41,874 nt of DNA from a plasmid: sequence record NZ_CP083837.1; one strand, 5' to 3'. The notes under the pieces are model-generated. The model searched no databases. It was not told the origin of the DNA and worked only from the letters and a program-made list of their open reading frames with translations. Below are positions 1 to 8,154 of this stretch, in pieces (within the stretch, counting starts at the first letter, position 1; each line of letters starts with the position of its first letter). A program made the translations under genes and the position numbers.

Positions 1-148
1 TATTACAAAAGACAGATCAAATGATCGTGATGGGATCTTTTCACAGATGACTTAACTAAAATTTTAAGCTGTAGTTGGTTTTTCTTTAAAATGGAGTTCG
101 TGATAAAATAAATCGATCTTATTCAATGAGTTACAAGTGCTTTTGAAA

Positions 149-1309
149 TTATCCTAATTTGATACCAATCTTCATCTTTTGTTCGTTCTGGAGCATCGCT
201 TGTTTGATTTGGATGAACTGTTTCATCTGGAGCTGCTGCTTCTGAAGCATTGCAGCACTGTTAAGCACCAGTTCTTTACTTGATGAAGGGGTTCTATCGA
301 TACCTTTAACACCAAGATTATCAAGCTTCCACTCGTTACGATGGACTGTCTTCCAGCCATGTTGAACACCATGTTTATCAAGTGCAGGTATTTTTACTTC
401 CTTTTGACCGAGTTTTTTAAGCTTAACAAGATCGCCCTTCTTAACATTTTCTCGTGATGTAAGATCGCCAAAATCAGCCCCCCAGTATGTCTTTTCAACC
501 CCCTTGTTAAGGGTCTTCAGTTTCAAGAAATGCTGCTTCGGCTTCGTTTTATCATGCTGGTAATGGTCATAACCAACATCCACAACCTCATAAACGCCCT
601 TCTGTCGCTTAGGAGCGGTACTGTGAGCATCCCTGATAGACTGATTAAGTCCTTGCTGCTGCCTGTGTGTTGCCTTAACGTCATAACCTTTAAGTTTTAG
701 CTCTTCGCAAAAACCAGTTCTAATCTCCCTTAAATCCTTCTTTCTTATATCGGTACGCTTTCCATCTTCATCACGGATACGGAAAACAACATGAACATGA
801 GGATGGTCTTTTTTATCGTTATGATACCCAAGAACAAAGCGATGGTTTGGATACTTCTTGTGCATCGTTTTTCTGACTGACTCAAGCAAGTCTTCTGGTT
901 TCACTTTTGCAGAGACAGGCGGTGAGAACACGATATTTTGTGTCACCTTTTTATTTTCTTTACCCTTATCGTTCATTACATTTTGAGGGTCGTTTGCACG
1001 ATCTACCATGTGCTCTTTTGCTTCCTGTATCTCGTCACCTTTCCATACCTGGCCGCTTTCACTCATCACGGGCAATTCTGATTCCCGGCTCATATAGTCA
1101 ATACTGTTTCTTATCCCTTGTCGGGTGATTGCACCGCCTGATATTTTTACAACCACTTCCTTACTGGCACCCTTTCGGTTGATACGTTCCTGTACGTTAC
1201 GCTGATAGTTCTTACCACCATTTTTCACTTTATGGGCAAAAGCAGATTTGCGGCCAGCTTCAGAGGATTTACGTTTGAACCGGTATTCTTTATCAACGGA
1301 AACGCCCAT
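149..1309 (-). CDS. taxC: Conjugative relaxase, MOBP family (TaxC-like), 386 aa
   Basis: Histidine-triad motif HNDKKDHPHVHVVF typical of MobA/VirD2-type relaxases. Sits 2 bp downstream of the taxA-like gene and next to the oriT-like repeat. Same strand as the T4SS genes. Confidence 0.75.
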   Translation of the reverse strand: MGVSVDKEYRFKRKSSEAGRKSAFAHKVKNGGKNYQRNVQERINRKGASKEVVVKISGGAITRQGIRNSIDYMSRESELPVMSESGQVWKGDEIQEAKEHMVDRANDPQNVMNDKGKENKKVTQNIVFSPPVSAKVKPEDLLESVRKTMHKKYPNHRFVLGYHNDKKDHPHVHVVFRIRDEDGKRTDIRKKDLREIRTGFCEELKLKGYDVKATHRQQQGLNQSIRDAHSTAPKRQKGVYEVVDVGYDHYQHDKTKPKQHFLKLKTLNKGVEKTYWGADFGDLTSRENVKKGDLVKLKKLGQKEVKIPALDKHGVQHGWKTVHRNEWKLDNLGVKGIDRTPSSSKELVLNSAAMLQKQQLQMKQFIQIKQAMLQNEQKMKIGIKLG

Positions 1310-1311
1310 TA

Positions 1312-1860
1312 TTACACCTCCACCTTATTAGATACAGTTCGACCTTTGCATAACATTATGTAGTTTTCAAACTCACTTTTAAGATTAATGATTTCTGTTT
1401 CAAGCTTTTCTGCATCCTGATAGAACCCATCTTTATCAAGAACTCTTGCCTGATCATTAAGGATGATGTAGTGAAAATTCCGGCCTACTTTATCGATAGC
1501 ATTGCGACACCGATTCATCATAAGAAGTTCTTGATCAAAGAAATCCAGTTCATTATCTAAGGTGGTCTGAATACGGTAGCGGCACTCTCTGGACAAAGTC
1601 CATCCATGACGCTTTGCGGCTTTTTCTATTTTATTCCGCTGTTTCATTGTTAAATACATTGTAGTTTTGATAAAATCATTAGTATCTGGCATAAAGTTAT
1701 CATTATCATCTTCTGTTACTTTGCTTTTAAGTAAAGCACTGGCAAGCAATTTCATGCCTTTAGCAACAGTTAAACCAGGCTCATCTGGATAAATAACCTT
1801 CAGACATTCAAGTAGATTATCATGCTGTTTTTCTTCTAGTCTGAAATTAATTTGCTTCAT
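1312..1860 (-). CDS. taxA: Relaxosome accessory protein (TaxA-like), 182 aa. Start taken at MKQINF; the ORF-track start at 1899 adds 13 IR-encoded residues.
   Basis: Immediately upstream of, and coupled to, the relaxase gene. GGAGGA Shine-Dalgarno and ATG lie inside the inverted repeat. An N-terminal INFRLEE segment is reminiscent of MobC/RHH relaxosome proteins. Confidence 0.55.
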   Translation of the reverse strand: MKQINFRLEEKQHDNLLECLKVIYPDEPGLTVAKGMKLLASALLKSKVTEDDNDNFMPDTNDFIKTTMYLTMKQRNKIEKAAKRHGWTLSRECRYRIQTTLDNELDFFDQELLMMNRCRNAIDKVGRNFHYIILNDQARVLDKDGFYQDAEKLETEIINLKSEFENYIMLCKGRTVSNKVEV

Positions 1861-1947
1861 AAATCCTCCAACAAGAACCGACTGTAGGTCACCGGGCAAA
1901 CGAGTAAAATGCTAGCATTTTGCGGCGTTTGCCCTATCCTGCATCGC
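1855..1947. repeat. Copy A of a 93-bp perfect inverted repeat (partner 7711-7803), an oriT-like element. It contains a ~41-bp imperfect palindrome centred on GCTAGC (1893-1933), followed by TATCCTG|C at 1935-1942 on the plus strand.
   Basis: The reverse complement of 1855-1947 is identical to 7711-7803 (checked base by base). YATCCTG|Y matches the MOBP (RP4-type) nic consensus. The hairpin lying 5' of the nic is classic oriT architecture. R6K is known to carry two inverted oriT copies flanking its replication region. Confidence 0.8.
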
Positions 1948-2134
1948 TTTGATCTAGCACTAGTCTTGAATTGTGCTTCAGCGTCGAGGAAAAAGCAAAA
2001 CTGAAGGGCTGTCATGGCTGAAGGTTTCGCTTGTCTACGACCGGAAACATCTCAATGGCTGTGAGCTATGTGGGATAAGGTTCGCTACGCGAACGGTCTG
2101 GCAGGGGGCGCAAGCGCTGTCTTGCAGAGTATAT

Positions 2135-2161
2135 AAAAAAGCACCTCCCGCAAACGGGAGG
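2135..2161 (-). terminator. Rho-independent terminator at the end of the minus-strand leading-region operon
   Basis: Stem CCTCCCG, loop caaa, stem CGGGAGG (2144-2161). On the minus strand it is followed by a U-run (A-run 2135-2140 on plus). Confidence 0.5.
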
Positions 2162-2187
2162 GCTTCGGCGATTCATGACGTGTGAAA

Positions 2188-2445
2188 CTATTCAGGGTCT
2201 GGTGTGTCGCCTACCATGCCCTGACGGGCATCACACAACCAGCGGCGTAAGTTGCTCATTCTTTCCCTGTTTGCGTGGCTTGGTCTTTTCCCTCTGTTTC
2301 CGGTTAAAACTCTCCAAACCCTCAGCCCTTCTTTATTCGTCCAGTGAATGACTATTTCACCTTTACTGTTGAATGCAAGGGAAAAACGAACCGCACCTTC
2401 TTTTTGTTGATCACTGATAAAAGTTAAAAACTCCTGCTTTGTCAT
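2188..2445 (-). CDS. Hypothetical protein, 85 aa, basic C-terminus
   Basis: ORF with a GGAGG Shine-Dalgarno 7 nt upstream. Translationally adjacent to an upstream 49-aa ORF. No motif recognised. Confidence 0.5.
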   Translation of the reverse strand: MTKQEFLTFISDQQKEGAVRFSLAFNSKGEIVIHWTNKEGLRVWRVLTGNRGKRPSHANRERMSNLRRWLCDARQGMVGDTPDPE

Positions 2446-2460
2446 AAAACCTCCAATGTT

Positions 2461-2610
2461 TCATTTACCAGTGAATCTATGCGCTCGTCTTTCCAGCGCT
2501 TTTTTGAGCTGATCCATGAACTCAGGGAATGCAGAGAACGGCATGATGGGAAAGACAGGGCGAGCGCCCTTTTCAACAGCCTGTATTGCTGATAGCATAC
2601 GTTCCGACAT
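2461..2610 (-). CDS. Small hypothetical protein, 49 aa (MSERMLSAIQAVEKGARPVFPIMPFSAFPEFMDQLKKALERRAHRFTGK). Not in the ORF track.
   Basis: ATG with an AGGAA Shine-Dalgarno 7 nt upstream. Its stop lies 15 nt before the SD/start of the 85-aa gene, a two-gene cassette layout. Confidence 0.35.
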   Translation of the reverse strand: MSERMLSAIQAVEKGARPVFPIMPFSAFPEFMDQLKKALERRAHRFTGK

Positions 2611-2687
2611 TAGATATTCCTCGCGTGGGAATGAGTGTCACGGTATCAGGTTGCTCCAACAACCTGATACCACCTTCTTTTAAAACA

Positions 2688-3029
2688 TCAGTTTTTATTC
2701 AAAAGATTAATCACCTCTCTTTTAGCTTCATTCTGCTCCTTCGTTGTGAAGGCAAAATTGAACCATGATTCAATCTCTCTTAAAACGCCTTCTTTTGACA
2801 GGCCACATTCGTTGAACCAGAATGTTACGTTCTTTTTAAGTGAGTTAATCGCGCTAAGTTCGTTGTTATCTACTTCGCGAACAGACAAAGTAATGTAACC
2901 ACGACCCCGGTTTTTTTCTTCGAATGTATGAATGGCAAGAAAAAGTGTTTCTGACTGGATGAAGGATATGCAGTTTATGGTTTCTTTTTTAACGTTTACT
3001 GATTTAAAATCGATGGCATAAGTTTTCAT
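2688..3029 (-). CDS. Hypothetical protein, 113 aa. First gene downstream of promoter/operator copy 1.
   Basis: ORF begins immediately after the conserved 5' UTR (GGGAG Shine-Dalgarno) of the repeated promoter module. No recognisable domain. Confidence 0.5.
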   Translation of the reverse strand: MKTYAIDFKSVNVKKETINCISFIQSETLFLAIHTFEEKNRGRGYITLSVREVDNNELSAINSLKKNVTFWFNECGLSKEGVLREIESWFNFAFTTKEQNEAKREVINLLNKN

Positions 3030-3125
3030 TTTTACTCCCGCCCGTTTGGGCTACTGGATTAAGGCAAGGAATCATTCCTAACCAACAAATTCAGTATACC
3101 ATCATATGATGGTAATGCAATTATT
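3030..3125 (-). promoter_or_regulatory. Promoter/operator/5'UTR cassette, copy 1 (paralogue at 4738-4833). On the minus strand: TTGCAT (-35), the 18-bp perfect palindrome TACCATCATATGATGGTA (3097-3114) across the spacer, TATACT (-10), a UTR hairpin AGGAATCATTCCT, GGGAG Shine-Dalgarno.
   Basis: About 90% identity to the second copy across ~96 bp, ending exactly at the start codons of two different genes. Sigma70-like hexamers with a palindrome in the spacer suggest a repressor-controlled promoter. Confidence 0.55.
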
Positions 3126-3365
3126 TTAATCCCTTTCTTTTAGAATTTCTCCACGCTTTACAAGTTGGTAAACAGGATGTTCATCAGCCAGGAGTAAAAG
3201 CATTTCATAAGTACCGGCTGCTAAACCGCGTGAAGTTTTTCCGGTAGTTTCTTTAGCCTGCCATGCTGACAAAGTGAAGCCAAAACGATCTGCGGCTTCC
3301 TGCTGTGTAAATCCAGCTTTAATGCGAGCGTTTTTCACCTCTTCCGGCGTTGGTTTATCAATCAT
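3126..3365 (-). CDS. HTH (XRE/MqsA-like) DNA-binding protein, 79 aa. Candidate repressor or antitoxin.
   Basis: Helix-turn-helix segment GFTQQEAADRFGFTLSAWQAKE and a C-terminal MLLLLADEHP motif resembling XRE-family antitoxin HTH domains. Its start overlaps the stop of the upstream 93-aa gene by 8 nt (ATGATTGA). Confidence 0.55.
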   Translation of the reverse strand: MIDKPTPEEVKNARIKAGFTQQEAADRFGFTLSAWQAKETTGKTSRGLAAGTYEMLLLLADEHPVYQLVKRGEILKERD

Positions 3366-3639
3366 ATTTTTTCACCTTCAACAATGTATCGACACAAAAT
3401 TGCAATAATATTGGGTCTTCAATTTCATTCTTTACCCTATCAAATTCATCTTTGAAAAAAGACTGCTGATAAACAATCTTTTTTGTTGTTTTCTTTTCAG
3501 ATTCTTTTGCTCTAACCTTCATCAGTTTTTCCAGCTCGATGAAGATGCGTCCTGAATCTTCAGAAACAACAATTCTGTATGTAACATTACCTTTGTTTTT
3601 TCTGTCACTCAGTATTTCATCCATTATAATTACCTTCAT
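3358..3639 (-). CDS. Hypothetical acidic protein, 93 aa. Translationally coupled to the HTH gene.
   Basis: ORF overlapping its neighbours (ATGA overlap upstream, 8-nt overlap downstream). Confidence 0.5.
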   Translation of the reverse strand: MKVIIMDEILSDRKNKGNVTYRIVVSEDSGRIFIELEKLMKVRAKESEKKTTKKIVYQQSFFKDEFDRVKNEIEDPILLQFCVDTLLKVKKYD

Positions 3640-4178
3640 AGTTGTTTAATTAAGCCGGATAACTTTACGAGCTGATCTATGTCCAATCCCCGAATCAGGA
3701 CTTCATAACCATCACCACGCTCTGTCACATGCCCATTCAAACCATTTACAGCTTTAAACCCTGTTAACGTTCCGTGCCAGTTTTCAAGCTTAACAAGTTG
3801 TGACAACATGCCTTTCAGTATTTGCCTTTCTTCCCGCTCTTTCTGTAGTTTCTTCTCATACTCTCGCGAAGTTTCATCATCCTGTAATGCATTTATAAGT
3901 ATTTTCTTTTCAATATCTGCGGCTATCTCTACGGGGTTACGCTGTGGTGATACAGTGCATGTATGACATGGACTACGCCAGTTACGGCTATCCACGCTGC
4001 CTATGATAGCTAACCTTCCTTTGTCCATTCGAATGTGTACAGAATAATTTTTAAATCGTGGCGACGTTAGTTTTATACGATATTGACAATCATCCAGCAG
4101 GTTTACGCGCCAGCCGTTCCCCAGGATACGGCAGACGATTTCAAAAACAGGCCGATAGAGCAAGAAAAATGATTTCAT
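3636..4178 (-). CDS. Hypothetical protein, 180 aa, coiled-coil rich (EREERQ segment)
   Basis: ORF in an operon with the J-domain gene. No recognised motif. Confidence 0.5.
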   Translation of the reverse strand: MKSFFLLYRPVFEIVCRILGNGWRVNLLDDCQYRIKLTSPRFKNYSVHIRMDKGRLAIIGSVDSRNWRSPCHTCTVSPQRNPVEIAADIEKKILINALQDDETSREYEKKLQKEREERQILKGMLSQLVKLENWHGTLTGFKAVNGLNGHVTERGDGYEVLIRGLDIDQLVKLSGLIKQL

Positions 4179-4221
4179 AAACTCACCTTTAAAGTGTTGG
4201 GGGCTTTCGCCCCCGTTTTAA

Positions 4222-4737
4222 CTATGCTCTGTTTTCTACTTTCTGCCTGCCAGCTGCTTTACGCTTCCCGGCAGTGCCGTACATCTCGCGGATTTCATCA
4301 ATACTGTGTTCTTTTCGGTTCCAGCGGCTCTTATGTTCTTCAGGACGGTAAAACCACTGTTTTTTCTTCGCTGCCCATTTGCAACCTATTTCTTTCAACG
4401 TGTCTTTATGTTCGCGAGTTTCCCCACTAATCCAGATCCAGTTGCCTATAACTTCATAAACTAAACCTGATAACCCGGTGAGTACGTTCAACACGCTTTC
4501 CATATCGTCACCGTAGTTATAGTGTGCGTTTTCATCGGTGCTCTGAAACGAATTAATTTTATCGATGTTTGCCATCAGAAAATCAAAAGCAGCGTTTACA
4601 GCTTTCATCAGTTCAGCGCCTAACGGATTACGGTCTGGATGATATTTTAAAGCCGCTTTTTTATATGCAGCCTTGATATCCTTTTCAGTCAATTCACCAG
4701 ATAAACCAAAGACGTTTAATGCTTCCTGAATGTTCAT
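4222..4737 (-). CDS. J-domain (DnaJ-like) protein, 171 aa
   Basis: N-terminal J-domain with the HPD tripeptide (AYKKAALKYHPDRNPLGAE). First gene after promoter/operator copy 2. Confidence 0.75.
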   Translation of the reverse strand: MNIQEALNVFGLSGELTEKDIKAAYKKAALKYHPDRNPLGAELMKAVNAAFDFLMANIDKINSFQSTDENAHYNYGDDMESVLNVLTGLSGLVYEVIGNWIWISGETREHKDTLKEIGCKWAAKKKQWFYRPEEHKSRWNRKEHSIDEIREMYGTAGKRKAAGRQKVENRA

Positions 4738-4833
4738 GCTTTTCTCCCGCCCGTTTGGGCTGCTGGATTAAGGCAGGGAGCCATTCCCAACCAACAAATT
4801 CAGTATACCATCATATGATGGTAATGCAATTGT
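4738..4833 (-). promoter_or_regulatory. Promoter/operator/5'UTR cassette, copy 2, with the same 18-bp palindrome TACCATCATATGATGGTA at 4806-4823
   Basis: Near-identical to 3030-3125. Ends at the start codon of the J-domain gene. Confidence 0.55.
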
Positions 4834-5455
4834 TTTTGATTGCTTTGTAGTGTAAAGACACTATAAAGACAGCGAATGCTTTACGCTGTTGAACCGTGTT
4901 TCAAAGAGGCGCGAACTGTGTCACATTTTGCATACTCGTTACATCGCGCCGGGGACGTTCGCCAGTATTGGCGAACCAACAAGCCTGGATATGAGCAATA
5001 ACCTCCTCTCCCCTGCTAAGCCAATTTCTGACTATCAGACGGCGTTTAGCCTGTCGCAGTTAGCGCGTGAGCTGGCGAACGGTACGCCGGGGCAGTGTGA
5101 AGCACTGGCGCGGGGCGCTGTATCTGCGCGTTATGAGGTGCGTTAGCAGCGCATTACGTGGCGAGTAGCTGAAACCAATTGATGCCTGACGAACTCTGAC
5201 AGCAAAAAAACAATCAGGCCGCCAGCTGCTGGGCGACAATAGCCAGCAAAAAGTAACTGGCCATCATTGCCGGTCGTAAAATTTTGCTGGCATCCCATGT
5301 AAGCGGAGTTCACTCCTGGTCAATTTCCAGCTTGTTACGTTAAACGAGCTGTATGCTGTTCTAAGCGGGTTTACCCCGTTCTGCTGAACCCTCGTCGGGG
5401 TAAACTCACTTAAAACGCCTCTGAGGGCTTCTGAGTGCGTTTTAGTGCTGGATCT

Positions 5456-5490
5456 AAAAAGGATCACTCCACGATCCTTTCCCGTTTTTT
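5456..5490 (+). terminator. Rho-independent terminator (AAAAAGGATC, loop actccac, GATCCTTT, then cccg and a T6 run)
   Basis: Perfect 8-bp stem followed by a T-run. Closes a GC-rich hairpin-rich block (5360-5490). Confidence 0.5.
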
Positions 5491-5823
5491 ACGCATAACT
5501 TAAAAATCATCTTACTTTTAAGTTATCTTTGCTCAATGTATCTCTTTGATTTAACAGTTTAAAACATCTCTTTTTTTTGAGTTAAAATTCTTCTCACCTT
5601 TTCTCAGACCTAGGTGATCGAGAGACGGCACCGCTCGCCGCAGTCTTTGGCTGAGGCGTACCGCAGGAGCATAGCGACGAGGAACGAACAGCCAAAGCGA
5701 GGAAGCGGAATATCTGCTGCTCTGACAGAGAGCACGTACACTCAATGGCTAAAATATGAACACCTTATGTTTTGCTCCAACTTCCGAAGGTTAGAAGGAT
5801 CTATCCTCTGGGTTTATGCTGAG

Positions 5824-5832
5824 TTATCCACA
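5824..5832 (+). promoter_or_regulatory. DnaA box, perfect consensus TTATCCACA, about 100 bp from the iteron array
   Basis: Exact 9-mer match. AT-rich region at 5470-5600 nearby. R6K gamma ori uses DnaA boxes. Confidence 0.5.
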
Positions 5833-5931
5833 GGTACTGTGCATTAAAAGCCTTATATATATTTTCTTTTCTTAAAAATCTTAAAGAATTAGAGGTTTTT
5901 AATTATCTGATATATATAGGAAAAATAAGCT

Positions 5932-6063
5932 AAACATGATGGTGGATGCGACGAAACATGATGATAAATGCGATTAAACATGATGGGAAATGCGACGAGG
6001 CATGATGAAAAATGCGTTTTACCATGATGGAAAATGCGACGAAACATGATGGAAAATGCGACG
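5932..6063. repeat. Origin iterons: six contiguous 22-bp direct repeats, consensus AAACATGATGGAAAATGCGACG (gamma-ori-like origin of the pir replicon)
   Basis: Six tandem 22-mers counted directly, with no spacers. They lie immediately upstream of a pi-protein (Rep_3) gene, as in R6K gamma ori (seven 22-bp iterons). Confidence 0.85.
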
Positions 6064-6187
6064 CTATTAACAGCTTGATTTAAAAGCTTCATATCTGAAG
6101 ATCTTTGTATGTGAAGTCATCAAGGCGTGCGTTTTATGAGCACATTGGCTGGAGCCTGTCTGGTTTAGCTGAGTCGCTAAGCGGACA

Positions 6188-6241
6188 AACATGATGATAA
6201 ATGCGAATAAACATGATGGAAAAAATAACTTCATCATGTTA
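6188..6241. promoter_or_regulatory. pir promoter operator: two more iterons (6188-6209 and 6210-6231). The second forms an inverted pair of half-iterons (AACATGATG, 13 nt, CATCATGTT).
   Basis: Iteron-like 22-mers directly upstream of the pir start. The inverted half-iteron arrangement is typical of autorepression sites for Rep dimers. Confidence 0.6.
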
Positions 6242-6269
6242 ATGTGGCTACTCTTTAGTGAGAGGTTTT

Positions 6270-7172
6270 ATGAGAATAAAAGTTATGAAAAATGTAACTG
6301 AAAAAACGAAGATTCGTCACAGGAACGAAATAAATAAAACTCTGGCTCAACTTCCATTGGCAGCCAAAAGGGTTCTGTGTCTGGCCTTGGTTTATGTTGA
6401 TCCAAAAAAAGAAATGAGAATGGGGCAGACCTTTAAAATTCGGGCTGATATGTACGCAAAGATAGCCGGAATACATCCTTCTGTTGCTTATAAGCAAGTC
6501 AAGGAAGGTGCTGAATTGTTAAATGTCAGTAAACTTTCCCTTACGGGGAATGATATGAAGGAATTAGCAAAGGAACTTGGTCTTCCAAATTCAAAAAACA
6601 TCGACCGCCTTGACTTATCGATTACTGATTATTGTGCATATAACCAAAATGAGGGATTTGTAATTCTAAGATTTGGATACACTATCACGCCTTATATATC
6701 AAGATTAATTGGGGCGGAAAATAAATTCACAACACAACTAATTGCGTCCTCATTAAAATTGAGAGGGGAGTATTCGTGGTCATTGTATCAGTTAATTAGG
6801 AAGAATTACTCAACGTTTAAAGGGAAAAATTCATTTAGCCTATCTCTGGAAGAGTTGAAGGATGAACTTATTGCTTACAATATTGATGATAATGGAGATA
6901 TTATATATAAGTATCCAGAGTACCCTATATTCAAGCGAGAGGTAATAAATAAGGCCATCAAAGAAATAAAAGAAAAAACTGAGGTGACTTTCCTGTCTTG
7001 CGTTGTCGATGAAAAAGAAGGAAGGAAAGTTAGTAAGTTACGATTTGAATACGCTATAGATGAAGATAAATTTGCCGAATCAGGCTCTGATTTTCCTATA
7101 GAGTTATTTGACGATGATGATTCTGCTTTTCTTGAGGAGTTTGATAGAAAAGTACCACCCAAAAAGAAATGA
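6270..7172 (+). CDS. pir: Replication initiator pi protein (Rep_3 family), ~300 aa
   Basis: Strong similarity along its whole length to R6K pi, from recall of the R6K sequence (MRIKVMKNV...KTKIRHRNE...LAQLPL...FTTQL...SLYQLIRK...ELIAYN...YKYP.FPIFKR.V.NKAI.EIK.KTE...EKEGRK.SKL.FE). Preceded by iterons. Confidence 0.9.
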   Translation: MRIKVMKNVTEKTKIRHRNEINKTLAQLPLAAKRVLCLALVYVDPKKEMRMGQTFKIRADMYAKIAGIHPSVAYKQVKEGAELLNVSKLSLTGNDMKELAKELGLPNSKNIDRLDLSITDYCAYNQNEGFVILRFGYTITPYISRLIGAENKFTTQLIASSLKLRGEYSWSLYQLIRKNYSTFKGKNSFSLSLEELKDELIAYNIDDNGDIIYKYPEYPIFKREVINKAIKEIKEKTEVTFLSCVVDEKEGRKVSKLRFEYAIDEDKFAESGSDFPIELFDDDDSAFLEEFDRKVPPKKK

Positions 7173-7180
7173 GGTGAGTT

Positions 7181-7624
7181 ATGGCTAAAATCTATGATTT
7201 CCCGCTGGGCGCAGAGCGAGACAAACTAAGGCATGAAATTGACAGGGAACGTAAAAAGCAACGTAGAGTAAAAACGGGCAATCCGTTTATCCGACACGTT
7301 AAATGGTTCTGTTTTTATCTTCGCCTTGTCACAGCTGGCGCACTGCATGTAGTTTCTGTTATTACCCTGGCTGTATTGGGGGCTTTCAGTAAGGCTATTT
7401 TCTGGATTGGCGGGATGGTTTGTGTCGTCACATGGTTTCACCTTGAGCGCCAGTTCTGGACGCCACATAATTTCACGATCCCTGTTATCGTAAGCCTGTG
7501 GGGATTGAGTTTGTTTGCCACTCCCCTAATGGAGATGATAAACAAAAAAATGCCGTGGTATCGTCTCCTGGTTCCTGATGCGAAAGAAGCAAGCACGGAG
7601 ACACCTGATGATGAGTCGCGGTGA
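7181..7624 (+). CDS. bis: Small membrane protein downstream of pir (Bis-like position), 147 aa
   Basis: Coupled 9 nt after the pir stop. Two predicted TM helices. bis follows pir in R6K-type replicons; identity inferred from position only. Confidence 0.4.
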   Translation: MAKIYDFPLGAERDKLRHEIDRERKKQRRVKTGNPFIRHVKWFCFYLRLVTAGALHVVSVITLAVLGAFSKAIFWIGGMVCVVTWFHLERQFWTPHNFTIPVIVSLWGLSLFATPLMEMINKKMPWYRLLVPDAKEASTETPDDESR

Positions 7625-7710
7625 ACCAGTCGCAAGCTGCCTGCTTGCACTGTGCATGTTTGCCTTATACCATCGGTTTAGCATAGTGCGCGATGTGAGT
7701 TCTTTTCAAT

Positions 7711-7803
7711 GCGATGCAGGATAGGGCAAACGCCGCAAAATGCTAGCATTTTACTCGTTTGCCCGGTGACCTACAGTCGGTTCTTGTTGGAGGATTTATG
7801 AAG
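7711..7803. repeat. Copy B of the 93-bp inverted repeat (oriT-like). Nic motif TATCCTG|C on the minus strand (7716/7717).
   Basis: Exact reverse-complement of 1855-1947. Supplies the SD, ATG and first two codons (MK) of the gene at 7798. Confidence 0.8.
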
Positions 7804-8154
7804 TTTGATGTAAAAGAGTTTATTGATGATAAATACGCAAAAGCTATTAATATTTTAAAGGAAAACCTCAAAGAAAACTATCATGTTTTTTATGGGATCA
7901 GATTGAGTGAAATTCTTTTTCCTGCCAGTGAGTATGGCTCTGATGCTTTCTTTAAAGAATTTGAATCAATTAACAGTGTAATACTACCATTAGTAATCTT
8001 TGATTTAACACAACGCAAGCCAATGATGATTATCAGCTTCGATAAGATATCTGATGCCAGTTTGTTGGCAGGGACGGGTATTGTGGTTCTTGAATGTATG
8101 GCTCTGTCCGATCTTCTGACAAATGATAATATTGCTATTTTATATAAAATCTAA
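7798..8154 (+). CDS. Hypothetical protein, 118 aa, whose promoter-proximal region, SD and start codon are provided by IR copy B. AT-rich.
   Basis: ORF 7759-8154 in the track; start assigned to the ATG (7798-7800) that corresponds to the taxA start in copy A. No known domain recognised. A weak PD-(D/E)xK-like pattern is not convincing. Confidence 0.55.
   Translation: MKFDVKEFIDDKYAKAINILKENLKENYHVFYGIRLSEILFPASEYGSDAFFKEFESINSVILPLVIFDLTQRKPMMIISFDKISDASLLAGTGIVVLECMALSDLLTNDNIAILYKI

Noticed and set aside
907-1128. Small plus-strand ORFs inside taxC, the iteron region (5889-6092, 6255-6497) and pir (6875-7162)
   Set aside because: They overlap confidently assigned genes or repeats and lack SD sequences.
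4889-5146. 85-aa GC-rich ORF in the replicon module
   Set aside because: It has a TTG start and no SD. The composition is atypical and more consistent with non-coding structured DNA/RNA. It is left as a finding rather than a gene.
5932-6231. Tandem 22-bp repeats that could be mistaken for a CRISPR array
   Set aside because: The repeats are contiguous, with no spacers, and abut a Rep_3 initiator gene. They are plasmid origin iterons, not CRISPR.
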